Below are positions 27,245 to 37,098 of a stretch of 64,000 bases of DNA, one piece after another; the stretch's first letter is position 1, and each line of letters opens with the position of its first letter. The DNA comes from Clostridia bacterium (lineage in GTDB: Bacteria > Bacillota > Clostridia > CAKSNL01 > HGM11501). The notes below the pieces were generated by a model. The model did not search any database and was not told the DNA's origin. It saw only the letters and a list, made by a program, of their open reading frames with translations. Where the stretch lies: positions 35,071 through 99,070 of the forward strand of contig JAZQAZ010000002.1 in the NCBI GenBank assembly GCA_045545475.1, written 5' to 3'. A program made the translations under genes and the position numbers.

Positions 27245-29338
27245 ATGAATAAGACTTATGCTCTTATAGAAAAACTGAAAACTCCGGCTCGTGAGTTTTC
27301 TCCCATGCCTTTCTGGTTTTTAAATGACGACTTTACCGATGAGGAAATTATCCGTCAGCTTACAGACTTTAATGCTCACGGTGTTCACGGTGTTGTTCTT
27401 CACCCCAGAATTGGCGTGCCGGAATCAATTCAGTATTTATCCGATAAATTTATGCACTTTATGAAGGTGGCTGTGGAAAATGCCGCACGCCTTGATATGA
27501 AGGTTATTTTATATGATGAGGCAATGTATCCTTCGGGAAGTGCCCATGGTTTGGTTGTTGCTGCAAACCCCAAGTTTGCATCCCAGGCAATTATCCTTGC
27601 CGATAACACAGACGAAGGAAAGCTCATCTGCAAAACCGAAAGCGGAAAGTACATAATGCAGGTAAACAGTAACGGCAAGATTAGAGGTATTCACTTCGGT
27701 GAGGACGACGGACAGCCGAATGCTCCTTTGGCAGCAGACCTTCTTAATCAGGAATCTGTTAATAAGTTTATTGAGCTTACCCACGAGCGTTATTATGCCG
27801 AGGTTAAGAAATATTTCGGAAACACTGTAATCGGCTTTTTCACCGACGAGCCTTCATCCCTGGGAAGAGGAGCAAGAAGAGGATGCTTCCCCTGGACATG
27901 GGGCTTTGAGGATGTAATAACCTCTCTCGGCGGAAAGCTTTCCGACCTTGAAGGTCTTTATACAGGCGAAAATAACGAAACCATCGAAATTTATAAAAAG
28001 GCACTTTTTGACCGTGAAAACGATATTTACTATAAGAGTCTTTCCGCCTGGTGCGAAAACCACGGCATCGCTCTTATGGGACATCCCCACAAGGGTGACG
28101 ATATCGAGTGCGAAAAATACTTCCAAGTTCCGGGTCAGGACATCGTTTTAAGATGGATTGCTCCCGAAAAGGGCGGTCTTTCAGGCGGTAACGAATCGGC
28201 TCAGGGTAAATGCTCTGCCGATGCCGCAAGGGTCATGGGACGCAGAAGAAACTCCAACGAGTGCTACGGTGCCTGCTGTAAGGATAACATTCCCTGGAAT
28301 TTCAACGGCGGTGACCTTAAGTGGTATACCGACTGGCTGGGCGTAAGAGGTGTAAACTTCTTCATTCCTCACGCTTTTTACTACAGCGTAACAGAAAAAA
28401 GAAAGGACGAACGTCCCCCGGATGTAGGTCCCAACAATATCTGGTGGAAGCACTTTGACACCATCGCAACCTACATAAAGAGAATTTCCTGCCTTATGAC
28501 AGATTCTAAAAATGCCACAAAGCTGGTTGTTCCCTGCAAAAACCGTGAGCTTTCCATTGACGAGGTTGCTCCTCTTTATGAAAATCAGGTGGAATTCAAC
28601 TATGTTCCCGAAAGCTTCATAACAGAGGAAAATGTAAAAGATGGAGTTCTTACAATCGGTGAAAACAGCTACGAATATGCTTACTGCGATAAAAACGGCG
28701 TTCTTCCCACATTGAAGCAGGCGAAGGATATTTCGGAACTTCCAGAAAGAACGGTTTATCTTGATAAGCCCTTCAAGGACCTTAGAGCAACCCACATTAT
28801 AAAGGACGGAGTTGACGTATTCTTCTTTACAAACGAGGGCGAAGAAGAAATTTCTGCAAAGGCTAAAGTGGATGCAGCAGGCCAGCTTGTTGCAATGGAT
28901 TTCTGGAAGGGCACGGTTAAGGAAATAAGCTGCAAAACCGTGGGCGATAAGACTGAATTTAATCTTAACTTAAAGCGTCGTGAAAGCATTGCAATTTTAG
29001 TTGATGAAACAAAAGAAGCAAAGGAATTTTCTGAAGAAGCAAAGGTTTATGTAAATCCTGAGTTTACCTTGATTTCCGACGATGAAGAAAATTTCGTAAA
29101 AACCTACGAAGCAAAAATCACGGTAGAAGAAACAGAAAACGTATACCTTAAGGTGACGGGTGAAGAAATGGCAGAATGCTTTGTAAACACAAATTTCTGC
29201 GGCTTCAGCCTTTGGAACGAGCACGAATTTTATCTGACGCCTCTCCTTAAGAAGGGCGAAAATAAAATTATGATAAAGATGACCGGCAGTGCAGTGAACC
29301 GCTTTACCGATCACCGCTTTGAATACGGTCTTATGTGA
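27245..29338 (+). CDS. Putative glycoside hydrolase, family not assignable by eye
   Basis: The N-terminus PAREFSPMPFWFLNDDFTDEEIIRQLTDFNAHGVHGVVLHPRIG resembles the TIM-barrel glycosidase families that begin this way. A GH36 gene lies nearby. The start is trimmed to MNKTYA with RBS ggggaggg. Confidence 0.4.
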   Translation: MNKTYALIEKLKTPAREFSPMPFWFLNDDFTDEEIIRQLTDFNAHGVHGVVLHPRIGVPESIQYLSDKFMHFMKVAVENAARLDMKVILYDEAMYPSGSAHGLVVAANPKFASQAIILADNTDEGKLICKTESGKYIMQVNSNGKIRGIHFGEDDGQPNAPLAADLLNQESVNKFIELTHERYYAEVKKYFGNTVIGFFTDEPSSLGRGARRGCFPWTWGFEDVITSLGGKLSDLEGLYTGENNETIEIYKKALFDRENDIYYKSLSAWCENHGIALMGHPHKGDDIECEKYFQVPGQDIVLRWIAPEKGGLSGGNESAQGKCSADAARVMGRRRNSNECYGACCKDNIPWNFNGGDLKWYTDWLGVRGVNFFIPHAFYYSVTEKRKDERPPDVGPNNIWWKHFDTIATYIKRISCLMTDSKNATKLVVPCKNRELSIDEVAPLYENQVEFNYVPESFITEENVKDGVLTIGENSYEYAYCDKNGVLPTLKQAKDISELPERTVYLDKPFKDLRATHIIKDGVDVFFFTNEGEEEISAKAKVDAAGQLVAMDFWKGTVKEISCKTVGDKTEFNLNLKRRESIAILVDETKEAKEFSEEAKVYVNPEFTLISDDEENFVKTYEAKITVEETENVYLKVTGEEMAECFVNTNFCGFSLWNEHEFYLTPLLKKGENKIMIKMTGSAVNRFTDHRFEYGLM

Positions 29339-29346
29339 GGTATTTT

Positions 29347-29829
29347 ATGGAAAAGCTTCTGGACAAAACAGACTATGCTATTCTTAACTGCCTTAAGAAA
29401 AATGCAAGAATGAAGGCATCTGACATTGCAAAGGAGATTAATCTCTCGGTTTCTGCCATCTTGGAGCGAATCAAGAAGATGGAGGTCGCAGGAATTATTG
29501 AATCCTATACGATTACTCTTAATCAGAAAATTTTAGGCAACGATCTTATAGCTATGATGGATGTAAGTTTGGAACATCCTAAGTTTTACGACAGCTTTGT
29601 TGAAATGATTAAAAAGAGCGAACATATTCAGTCTTGCTATTATTTAACTGGCAAGCACGATTTTCTCCTTAAGATATTGACGGATTCCTCCGACAGCTTG
29701 GAGCGTATTCACAGAGAAATAAAAAGTATGGAGGGAGTTGGGGCAACGGAAACCCACTTTGTATTAAAGTCGGTTAAAAATGAAATTGCATCAATTCCCG
29801 GCTCAGATGAGCTAATACAGTTAAAGTGA
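29347..29829 (+). CDS. Lrp/AsnC-family transcriptional regulator
   Basis: LDKTDYAILNCLKKNARMKASDIAKEINLSVSAILERIKKME, followed by a RAM/ACT-like C-domain. Confidence 0.85.
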   Translation: MEKLLDKTDYAILNCLKKNARMKASDIAKEINLSVSAILERIKKMEVAGIIESYTITLNQKILGNDLIAMMDVSLEHPKFYDSFVEMIKKSEHIQSCYYLTGKHDFLLKILTDSSDSLERIHREIKSMEGVGATETHFVLKSVKNEIASIPGSDELIQLK

Positions 29830-29841
29830 GAAGGTCTTTTT

Positions 29842-30948
29842 ATGACAAAACGTATATGTGCCGTAGTTAATACTGCGGCACTTCTCCATAATTTGAGAGA
29901 AGTAATAAAAAAGGCAAACGGTAAAAAAGTTGTTGCCGTAATAAAGGCTGATGCTTACGGACATGGGGCCTTGAAAGCTGCGGAAATTTATGAAGAGTAT
30001 GCAACAATGTATGCTGTTGCCACAAGCGATGAGGCATTGGAATTAAGAAGTGCCGGCACAAAAAAGGACATATTAATCCTTGCTCCGGTACCGACTGAGG
30101 ATATGGCAGTGCTTATTGAAAATGACATAATCCTTACTGTTTCCGATATTGAAGGAGCAAAGACAGTATCTTTAGAGGCTGAAAAAACAGGGAAAATTGC
30201 CCGCATCCATGGGGCAATTGATACCGGCATGAGCCGCATCGGATTTTTTCCGACAGATGAAAGCGTTGCTGAACTTAAAGAAATTGCAAGTTTGCCTTTT
30301 GTTTCACTGGAAGCAATTTTCACCCATTATGCCAAGGCGGATGAGAAGGACAAGAAGTGGATGAACATACAGACCGAAAGGTTTACTTCGTTTGCAGACG
30401 CACTGAAAAAGGAAATGCCGCATTTGAATTTTCATATTGCCAACAGTGCCGGCATAATGGAGCAGGACGAACAATACGGAGATTTTGTAAGGGCAGGAAT
30501 TGTTTTATATGGACTTTATCCTTCAAACGAGGTTGATAAAACAGCATTAAAGCTTATTCCGGCACTTAGTTGGAAGAGCAGAGTGTCATCTTTAAGATGG
30601 GTTGAAAGGGGTGAGGGGATAAGCTATGGACATACATATGTGGCAGAAGAAAGAATCCGTGTGGCAACAGTATCCTGCGGATATGCCGACGGCTATCCGA
30701 GACTTCTTTCAAACAGGGGAAGAGTGTTGATAAACGGGGTAAGCTGCAAAATCCTCGGAAGAGTGTGCATGGATCAGTTTATGGTTGATGCATCAAATGC
30801 TAATGTAAAGGTTGACGATGAGGTTATCTTAATCGGTAAAAGCGGAACTGAGGAAATTACAGCCGATGAAATTGCAGGACTTACGGGGACCATAAACTAT
30901 GAAGTTGTCTGCGATATAGGAAAGAGAGTTCCCAGGATTTACGAATGA
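29842..30948 (+). CDS. alr: Alanine racemase
   Basis: PLP-lysine motif AVIKADAYGHG, plus the C-terminal VCMDQFMVD and INYEV motifs. Confidence 0.9.
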   Translation: MTKRICAVVNTAALLHNLREVIKKANGKKVVAVIKADAYGHGALKAAEIYEEYATMYAVATSDEALELRSAGTKKDILILAPVPTEDMAVLIENDIILTVSDIEGAKTVSLEAEKTGKIARIHGAIDTGMSRIGFFPTDESVAELKEIASLPFVSLEAIFTHYAKADEKDKKWMNIQTERFTSFADALKKEMPHLNFHIANSAGIMEQDEQYGDFVRAGIVLYGLYPSNEVDKTALKLIPALSWKSRVSSLRWVERGEGISYGHTYVAEERIRVATVSCGYADGYPRLLSNRGRVLINGVSCKILGRVCMDQFMVDASNANVKVDDEVILIGKSGTEEITADEIAGLTGTINYEVVCDIGKRVPRIYE

Positions 30949-31041
30949 TGCTAAAAGTGACAAAATGACATAGAAAAGCGACAAAAAGCCATGGAAATTA
31001 TATTTCCATGGCGTTATAATACATATAAAGGAGGCGTTTCT

Positions 31042-33240
31042 ATGGCAATAATATATGATGAGGTAAATAAAATATTTAACCTGCAGACTAAAAATTCAAG
31101 CTACATAATGGGTGTGGTATATGACAAATATCTTGTGCACATTCATTACGGTAAAAGGCTTAACTATACAGCATCTGCATCAGATATGCTTGGATTTTCT
31201 GTTAACCGTGGGGGTAGCATTTCTCCTTTTGATTACGGAAACGAGGGCCTGGGAAATATATGCCTTGACACTCTTCCTCAGGAATATGCAACCTATGGCT
31301 CGGATTTGAGGGAGCCTGCGTTTCATGCGGAATTTGAAGACGGCACAAGCTACACAAAACTTTTATATAAGGGGTATAAAATTTATAAGGGCAAAGAGCC
31401 GATAAAAGGACTTCCTTCGGTATACACCGAAGCGGGAGATAAAGCTGAAAGCATAGAATTTGAGCTTTACGATGATGTTAAAAAACTCACCGTTATATTA
31501 AAATATACCGTGCTTGATGATTTTGACGCCATAAGCCGCCATGTTACGGTTATTAATAATTCCGACGAAAACGTAAAACTTAAAAAGGTTATGAGTACGG
31601 CAATAGATTTTAATAATGCTGACTATAACTTTACAACATTAAACGGCTCATGGGCCAGAGAGCGTCATATTCAGAGAGTACCTCTCCATAAGGGCGTTCA
31701 GGGTGTTGATTCAAAGCGTGGTGCATCAGGGCACCGCCACAATCCCTTTATTATGCTATCTTCCCTTGATGCAACAGAGGACTATGGCGAAGCATACGGC
31801 TTTTCTTTGGTTTACAGCGGAAACTTTGAAGCAACGGCAGAGGTTGAATATAACTGTGCCACAAGAGTATTGATGGGCATAAATTCCTTTGATTTTTCTT
31901 GGCTGCTTGCTCCCGGAGAAAGCTTTGATTCTCCTGAAGTTATAATGGTATATTCGGGAAGCGGAATAGGAGAAATGTCAAGAAACTACCATAAACTTTA
32001 CAGAACCCGCCTTTGCAGAGGGAAATACCGTGACAGTGTGCGTCCCGTTCTTATAAACGTGTGGGAAGCGGTTTACTTTACATGCAATGAAGAAAAGATT
32101 CTTGCAATTGCCGAAAAGGCAAAGGATGTGGGAATTGAGCTATTGGTGCTTGACGACGGATGGTTTGGAAAAAGAGATTCTGATAACTGTTCTCTCGGAG
32201 ACTGGGTTGTATACAAGGAAAAGCTTCCCTCAGGAATAGACGGTTTAGCAAAGAAAATTAACGATATAGGCCTGAAGTTTGGACTCTGGTTTGAGCCTGA
32301 AATGATTTCTCCGGATTCCGACCTTTACAGAGCTCATCCCGATTGGTGCATACATATACCGGGAAGAGGAAGGGGGCTTGGTCGTCACCAGCTGATACTG
32401 GACCTTTCAAGAGACGAGGTTTGCGATTATATCATAGAATCTGTGGCAAAGATTTTGTCCTCCGCTAATATCAGTTATGTAAAGTGGGATATGAACAGAA
32501 ACATGTCGGAAATCGGAAACGAGGTGCTGCCAAGAGAAAGGCAAAGGGAGCTTCCGCACAGATATATGCTTGGATTGTATCGCGTGCTCCAGGCCCTTAC
32601 AAGTCGCTTCCCCGACATACTTTTCGAGGGCTGTGCGGGCGGCGGTGGCAGATTCGACCCCGGTATGCTTTATTACTTCCCGCAAATCTGGGCAAGTGAT
32701 GATTCCGATGCCATAGAAAGACTATATATCCAGGAAGGAACAGCTTTGGTATATCCTGTGTCAACTGCGGGGGCTCACGTTTCTGCCGTTCCAAACCATC
32801 AGGTGGGAAGAACCACTCCGCTTCACACGAGAGGAAATGTGGCGATGACAGGGCAGTTCGGCTATGAGCTTGATTTAACGAAGCTTTCGGAGGATGAACT
32901 TAATACAATAAAAAATCAGGTTGCAACCTATAAAAGCTTCGGAACTAAAATTACAGAAGCAAACCTTTACCGTTTAAGGAGTTCTTTCTATGGTAATGTC
33001 ACGGCATGGGAATTTCTGTCAGAAGAAAGAGATTTTGCGGTAGTTATGGTTGCCAATAAGCTGGGAATTCCTTCTGCACCGAATGAGTTTATAAAGCTTA
33101 AGAATCTTGTTCCCGATGCAGAGTATAAGGAAAGAGCTACGGGAAAAGTTTACAGGGGGGAATTTCTTGAAGCTGTGGGCATGGCATATGCTCCGTCAAG
33201 AGATTTCAATTCTGTAATGTTAGTGTTTGAAAAGATTTAA
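31042..33240 (+). CDS. agaA: Alpha-galactosidase, GH36
   Basis: Motifs LVLDDGWFGKRD, YVKWDMNR and EGCAGGGGRFD. The start is trimmed to MAIIYD with RBS aaaggagg. Confidence 0.9.
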   Translation: MAIIYDEVNKIFNLQTKNSSYIMGVVYDKYLVHIHYGKRLNYTASASDMLGFSVNRGGSISPFDYGNEGLGNICLDTLPQEYATYGSDLREPAFHAEFEDGTSYTKLLYKGYKIYKGKEPIKGLPSVYTEAGDKAESIEFELYDDVKKLTVILKYTVLDDFDAISRHVTVINNSDENVKLKKVMSTAIDFNNADYNFTTLNGSWARERHIQRVPLHKGVQGVDSKRGASGHRHNPFIMLSSLDATEDYGEAYGFSLVYSGNFEATAEVEYNCATRVLMGINSFDFSWLLAPGESFDSPEVIMVYSGSGIGEMSRNYHKLYRTRLCRGKYRDSVRPVLINVWEAVYFTCNEEKILAIAEKAKDVGIELLVLDDGWFGKRDSDNCSLGDWVVYKEKLPSGIDGLAKKINDIGLKFGLWFEPEMISPDSDLYRAHPDWCIHIPGRGRGLGRHQLILDLSRDEVCDYIIESVAKILSSANISYVKWDMNRNMSEIGNEVLPRERQRELPHRYMLGLYRVLQALTSRFPDILFEGCAGGGGRFDPGMLYYFPQIWASDDSDAIERLYIQEGTALVYPVSTAGAHVSAVPNHQVGRTTPLHTRGNVAMTGQFGYELDLTKLSEDELNTIKNQVATYKSFGTKITEANLYRLRSSFYGNVTAWEFLSEERDFAVVMVANKLGIPSAPNEFIKLKNLVPDAEYKERATGKVYRGEFLEAVGMAYAPSRDFNSVMLVFEKI

Positions 33241-33242
33241 TG

Positions 33243-33280
33243 AAAAATCCGCCTTTTGTTCATAAAAGGCGGATTTTTTT
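33243..33280 (+). terminator. Rho-independent terminator
   Basis: aaaatccgcctttt-gttcat-aaaaggcggatttt followed by a T-run. Confidence 0.85.
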
Positions 33281-33333
33281 GTTTGACATAGGTATAACAA
33301 TATGGTAAAATATAAACTGGATGGAAGGGGGGA

Positions 33334-34038
33334 ATGCGAATGAAGTTTTTTGATTTTATTGCAGAACTCATATTTCCACCGAGGTGTGCATGCTGTCTTA
33401 AAGTGATAGGAAAGCACACTGTTTTTTGCGGAGACTGTATGCCGGAAATTCTTTTTGTTGACGGAGTCGCCTGCGAAAAATGCGGGATTCCGCTTTCTGC
33501 AAATTTTCCGTCTCCCGTATGCGGAAGATGCAGGGAAAGAAATTTCAGCTTTGATAAAAATATTCCACTCATGGAGCATTTCGGATGCGGCAGGGAAACG
33601 GTTATTAACATGAAGTATAAGAGCCACCCGGTTATAAAGGATGTGGCAATCCTTATGGCAAACCGCATTATGCCGATTTTAGATTTGATTGATGAAGTAA
33701 CCTTTGTTCCCATGACTAAAAAAGAGGAAAGAAAAAAGGATATACATATAACATATTTCCTTTCAAAGGAAATCGCAAAGCTTATAGGCGTTCCTCATAA
33801 AGAATTACTTTGCAAGACAAGGGAAACAAAGAAACAGAAGGAGCTTACCGAAAAGGGCCGTATTGAAAATGTCAGAGGTGCTTTCGAGATAAAAGGTGAC
33901 GTTAAAGGAAAGACCGTCTTGATTATTGATGACGTTTTTACAACTGGTGCAACAATGGAAGAGTGTGCAAAAGTATTAAAAAGAGCGGGTGCCTTTGCTG
34001 TGTTTTCAGCTACGGCAAGCATTCGTAACAGGGAGTAA
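33334..34038 (+). CDS. comFC: ComF-family protein (double zinc ribbon plus phosphoribosyltransferase domain)
   Basis: Cys pairs PPRCACC, FCGDC, CEKCG and VCGRC, plus the PRTase motif VLIIDDVFTTGATM. An alternative ATG at 33340 has better RBS spacing. Confidence 0.75.
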   Translation: MRMKFFDFIAELIFPPRCACCLKVIGKHTVFCGDCMPEILFVDGVACEKCGIPLSANFPSPVCGRCRERNFSFDKNIPLMEHFGCGRETVINMKYKSHPVIKDVAILMANRIMPILDLIDEVTFVPMTKKEERKKDIHITYFLSKEIAKLIGVPHKELLCKTRETKKQKELTEKGRIENVRGAFEIKGDVKGKTVLIIDDVFTTGATMEECAKVLKRAGAFAVFSATASIRNRE

Positions 34039-34041
34039 AAT

Positions 34042-34743
34042 ATGATTGATATGCATTCTCACATCCTTCCGGGCATAGATGACGGAGCTGAAAATGTGAA
34101 AGAGGCTCTCACGATGCTGGAGGACGCATATAAAAAAGGGTGTAGTACGGTTGTTGCAACGCCTCATTTAAGAGCATATTCCGAAGAAGAAATTGAAGAA
34201 GCTCTTAAAATGCGAGATATGGCCTATGAAAATCTTATGAGCGAGGCAAAAAAAGGTGAAGCTGTAATTCCTGAAATTAAGCTGGGATTTGAAGTTTTGC
34301 TGGATAAGGAAATCACAGTATTTCCATCCTTTAGGAAGTTATGCATTGAAGGCACAAATGCTATGCTTGTGGAAATGCCGATGCATCATTGGGATGCTTT
34401 CGCACTTTCAAGAATAGATAACCTCAAAAAAGAGGGGATTTTGCCAATAATAGCACATCTTGACAGATATATCGTATTTAAGAAAAATCTGGAGCGGGTC
34501 CTTTCTATGGAAGGTGTAATTTATCAATTTAATGCTGAGGCTTTTTTGGGAAGACATAGGCTTAATCTTATCAAAAAAACACTAAAAATGGGAAAGACGG
34601 TGGTTGTCGGAAGTGATATGCATCATAGTGCAGGGGTAAGAAGAAGCAGGCTTTATGAAGCATATAGAAAGATGATTGGTAAGAGAAAAGACTATGAGGC
34701 TGTGTTTGAGGGAAATGCCCATAGAATTTTATTTAATAAGTGA
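34042..34743 (+). CDS. Manganese-dependent protein-tyrosine phosphatase, CpsB/YwqE (PHP) family
   Basis: N-terminal MIDMHSHILPGIDDGA, followed by ATPH and GSDMHH metal-ligand motifs. Confidence 0.8.
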   Translation: MIDMHSHILPGIDDGAENVKEALTMLEDAYKKGCSTVVATPHLRAYSEEEIEEALKMRDMAYENLMSEAKKGEAVIPEIKLGFEVLLDKEITVFPSFRKLCIEGTNAMLVEMPMHHWDAFALSRIDNLKKEGILPIIAHLDRYIVFKKNLERVLSMEGVIYQFNAEAFLGRHRLNLIKKTLKMGKTVVVGSDMHHSAGVRRSRLYEAYRKMIGKRKDYEAVFEGNAHRILFNK

Positions 34744-34761
34744 CATAAAGGAGATATAAAG

Positions 34762-35451
34762 ATGAGTAACTGGACAAACAGCATAATAACAGATGAACTG
34801 GCTACATCTGTAGGGTTGGGAGAGTTTTTTATATGTACAGCGGTGTCTCTTATACTTGGTGTTTTAATAGCTCTTTGCCATATGTATAAAAACCCTTCTT
34901 ATTCAAAAGGTTTTATTATGACAACAGCACTTCTTCCTTTTATTGTTCAGGCAATTATAATGGTTGTAAACGGTAACGTGGGAACAGGTGTTGCAGTTGC
35001 AGGAGCTTTCAGCCTTATAAGATTCAGAAGCGTACAGGGAACAGCTAAGGATATATGCACTATTTTCCTTGCAATGGCAGTTGGCCTTGCTTCGGGTGCG
35101 GGCTTTATATTCATAGCAATAGCTCTTACTGTAATTACATGTATTATTTTGCTTCTTTATGTGAAAATCGACTTTGGCGGGGCAAGGGATGCAGAAAAAA
35201 TTCTTAAAATTACAATTCCGGAGAACTTGGAATATGAGGGTGCTTTTGATGAGATTTTTGAAAAGTACTTAAAGTCTTATGAAATTATCGGAACGAAAAC
35301 CACGGATATGGGAAGCTTATACCGCCTTACATATCGAGTGGTACTTAAGGACATAAAGGAAAGCAAGGCTTTTATAGACGACCTTCGAACCAAAAACGGC
35401 AACCTTGAAATTGCCCTTAATATTAGAACAGAAAGTGAAAAAGCACTGTAA
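34762..35451 (+). CDS. DUF4956-like membrane protein
   Basis: Four TM segments, the motif AFSLIRFRSVQGTAKDICTIFLAMAVGLASGAG, and a soluble C-terminal tail. Confidence 0.55.
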   Translation: MSNWTNSIITDELATSVGLGEFFICTAVSLILGVLIALCHMYKNPSYSKGFIMTTALLPFIVQAIIMVVNGNVGTGVAVAGAFSLIRFRSVQGTAKDICTIFLAMAVGLASGAGFIFIAIALTVITCIILLLYVKIDFGGARDAEKILKITIPENLEYEGAFDEIFEKYLKSYEIIGTKTTDMGSLYRLTYRVVLKDIKESKAFIDDLRTKNGNLEIALNIRTESEKAL

Positions 35452-35457
35452 GAAACG

Positions 35458-35490
35458 AACACCGCAAGGCTACGGCCTTGCGGTGTTTTT
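35458..35490. terminator. Hairpin terminator between convergent genes
   Basis: caccgcaaggc-tacg-gccttgcggtg followed by a T5 run. Confidence 0.8.
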
Positions 35491-36499
35491 ATACCCTTTC
35501 AATTGCTACGGCATGGGAAATACCCGGTATGGATTCCCCTTGTTTTGAAAGCTCAGGGCTCATTAAGGCACCGGTTGCGGCAAAGAGCACTCTTTTAAGT
35601 TCTCCTGATTCCAGTTTGGGCAGAATATAACCGCAAAGTACACTTGCACTGCATCCGCAACCGCTTCCGCCTGCGTGAACATCCTGTTTTTCCAAATCGT
35701 ACATTTCGCATCCGCAGTCAAAATGATTATTTCGTATATCAAAGCCGTCACGGAGCAGAAGCTCATCGGCAAGGGCACTTCCCAGTGTTCCCAAGTCCCC
35801 GGATATTAAAAGGTCATAGTAGTCGGGTGCGAGTGAAAGGTCTCTGAGGTGGTTTTTTACGGTATCCGCAAAAGCCGGTGCCATGGCACTTCCCATGTTG
35901 GCGGCATCTTTAATTTCCTTATCCACTATTTTGCCTACTGTGGCACTGGTGATTTTAAGCTTTGTCTTTTCACCGGATAAAACGATGCAACCTGATGCCG
36001 TTGCAGTCCATTGTGCTGTGGGAGGCCTTTGAGCACCGTACTCTAGTGGAAAGCGGAATTGTCTTTCAGCACAGCAGAAGTGAGAACTTGTGGCATTGCC
36101 TGAAAGGTTAGCAAATCCTGAAGCAACAGCCATGGAGGAGAGCATAAGGCCCTCTGCCATGGTTGAACAGGCACCGTAGATTCCTATATAGGGGACATTT
36201 AAATCTCTTATGGCATAAATGCTGCTGACACACTGGTTTAATAAATCGCCGGAAAAAAGCACATCGGCATCGGAAGGGGATTTTCCACACTTTGAAAAGG
36301 CAAGATTAACCGTTCTTTTAAGCATTTCAGACTCGCCTGCTTCAAAGCTTTTTTTACCGAAGTACTCATCGGGTTCAATTTCGTCAAAGTAATTGCCTAA
36401 GGGGCCTTCGCCTTCCTTTTTGCCTGCCACCGAGGCATAGCTCTTTATATATGGAGTATCTTCAAATATAACACTTTGTTTTCCTTTATGGACAATCAT
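35489..36499 (-). CDS. spoVAD: Stage V sporulation protein AD
   Basis: Thiolase-like fold. Long collinear similarity to B. subtilis SpoVAD as I recall it (GDLLNQ, ATSSHF..AERQFR.P.EYG.Q, GSAMAPA..DT, GGSGCGCSA, ATGAL.SP, ESIP). Confidence 0.9.
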   Translation of the reverse strand: MIVHKGKQSVIFEDTPYIKSYASVAGKKEGEGPLGNYFDEIEPDEYFGKKSFEAGESEMLKRTVNLAFSKCGKSPSDADVLFSGDLLNQCVSSIYAIRDLNVPYIGIYGACSTMAEGLMLSSMAVASGFANLSGNATSSHFCCAERQFRFPLEYGAQRPPTAQWTATASGCIVLSGEKTKLKITSATVGKIVDKEIKDAANMGSAMAPAFADTVKNHLRDLSLAPDYYDLLISGDLGTLGSALADELLLRDGFDIRNNHFDCGCEMYDLEKQDVHAGGSGCGCSASVLCGYILPKLESGELKRVLFAATGALMSPELSKQGESIPGISHAVAIERV

Positions 36500-36508
36500 A
36501 AAAACACC

Positions 36509-36946
36509 TCACATGAAATAATAGATAAGGCCGCATATTACGCTGGTTAATCCACCGTATGTCAATACGGGGCCTGCAATTGAAAACATCTTTACTCCAA
36601 CGCCCAGAATGTATCCTTCGGGTACAAATTCCATGGCAGGTGAAACTATTGAATTGGCAAATCCGGTTACGGGAACCAATGTGCCTGCTCCACCTACTTT
36701 TGCAATTTTATCATATACGCCTATTGCGGTAAGAATGGCAGAAGCTAAAATTAAAGTAACGGTAACCAAAGCTCCGGAAACTTTATCCGAAACATTTAAA
36801 GAGGAGTAAAAATCAAGGAGAATCTGCCCTGCGGCACAAATTGTCCCGCCTGTTAAAAAAGCAAAGGCGGTGTTTTTTATTATGGGAGATTTTTTAGCCA
36901 TGGAATCGGAAAGCTTTTGGTAGTCCTTTTTGGAAATTTCGCTCAT
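36509..36946 (-). CDS. spoVAC: Stage V sporulation protein AC
   Basis: About 145 aa membrane protein with AFLTGGTICAAGQ. It lies immediately upstream of spoVAD. The start is trimmed to MSEISKK with RBS aaaggag. Confidence 0.85.
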   Translation of the reverse strand: MSEISKKDYQKLSDSMAKKSPIIKNTAFAFLTGGTICAAGQILLDFYSSLNVSDKVSGALVTVTLILASAILTAIGVYDKIAKVGGAGTLVPVTGFANSIVSPAMEFVPEGYILGVGVKMFSIAGPVLTYGGLTSVICGLIYYFM

Positions 36947-37098
36947 ATAAAAACTCCTTTTTACCTTTTTATTTAGTTTTAACATAAGAGGAAAGTTTAT
37001 GCGAAAAAAATATTTACATAAAATTAATTTATTTTAGTGGAATTTTTTTATAAAGTGTGTTATACTGTAATTTACTATGGGAAAGGATTGATTTTTTT

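Noticed and set aside
28181-28795. 204-aa minus-strand ORF, with antisense ORFs at 27430-27784, 27854-28126 and 28997-29314.
   Set aside because: These are shadow ORFs opposite the 27245-29338 CDS. That CDS has an RBS, and its junction with the downstream lrp gene is tightly coupled.
33220-33713. 135-aa and 158-aa minus-strand ORFs overlapping the comFC region.
   Set aside because: The plus-strand reading gives the ComF zinc-ribbon Cys pairs and the PRTase motif VLIIDDVFTTGATM. The minus-strand ORFs have no motifs and run through a plus-strand terminator.
36947-37098. Search for a CtsR operator upstream of clpE and a sigma-G promoter upstream of spoVAC.
   Set aside because: No GGTCAAA heptad repeat is present. 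The GCATA-N17/18-AAAACTA string is only a loose match to forespore promoter consensus, so it is not reported as a feature.
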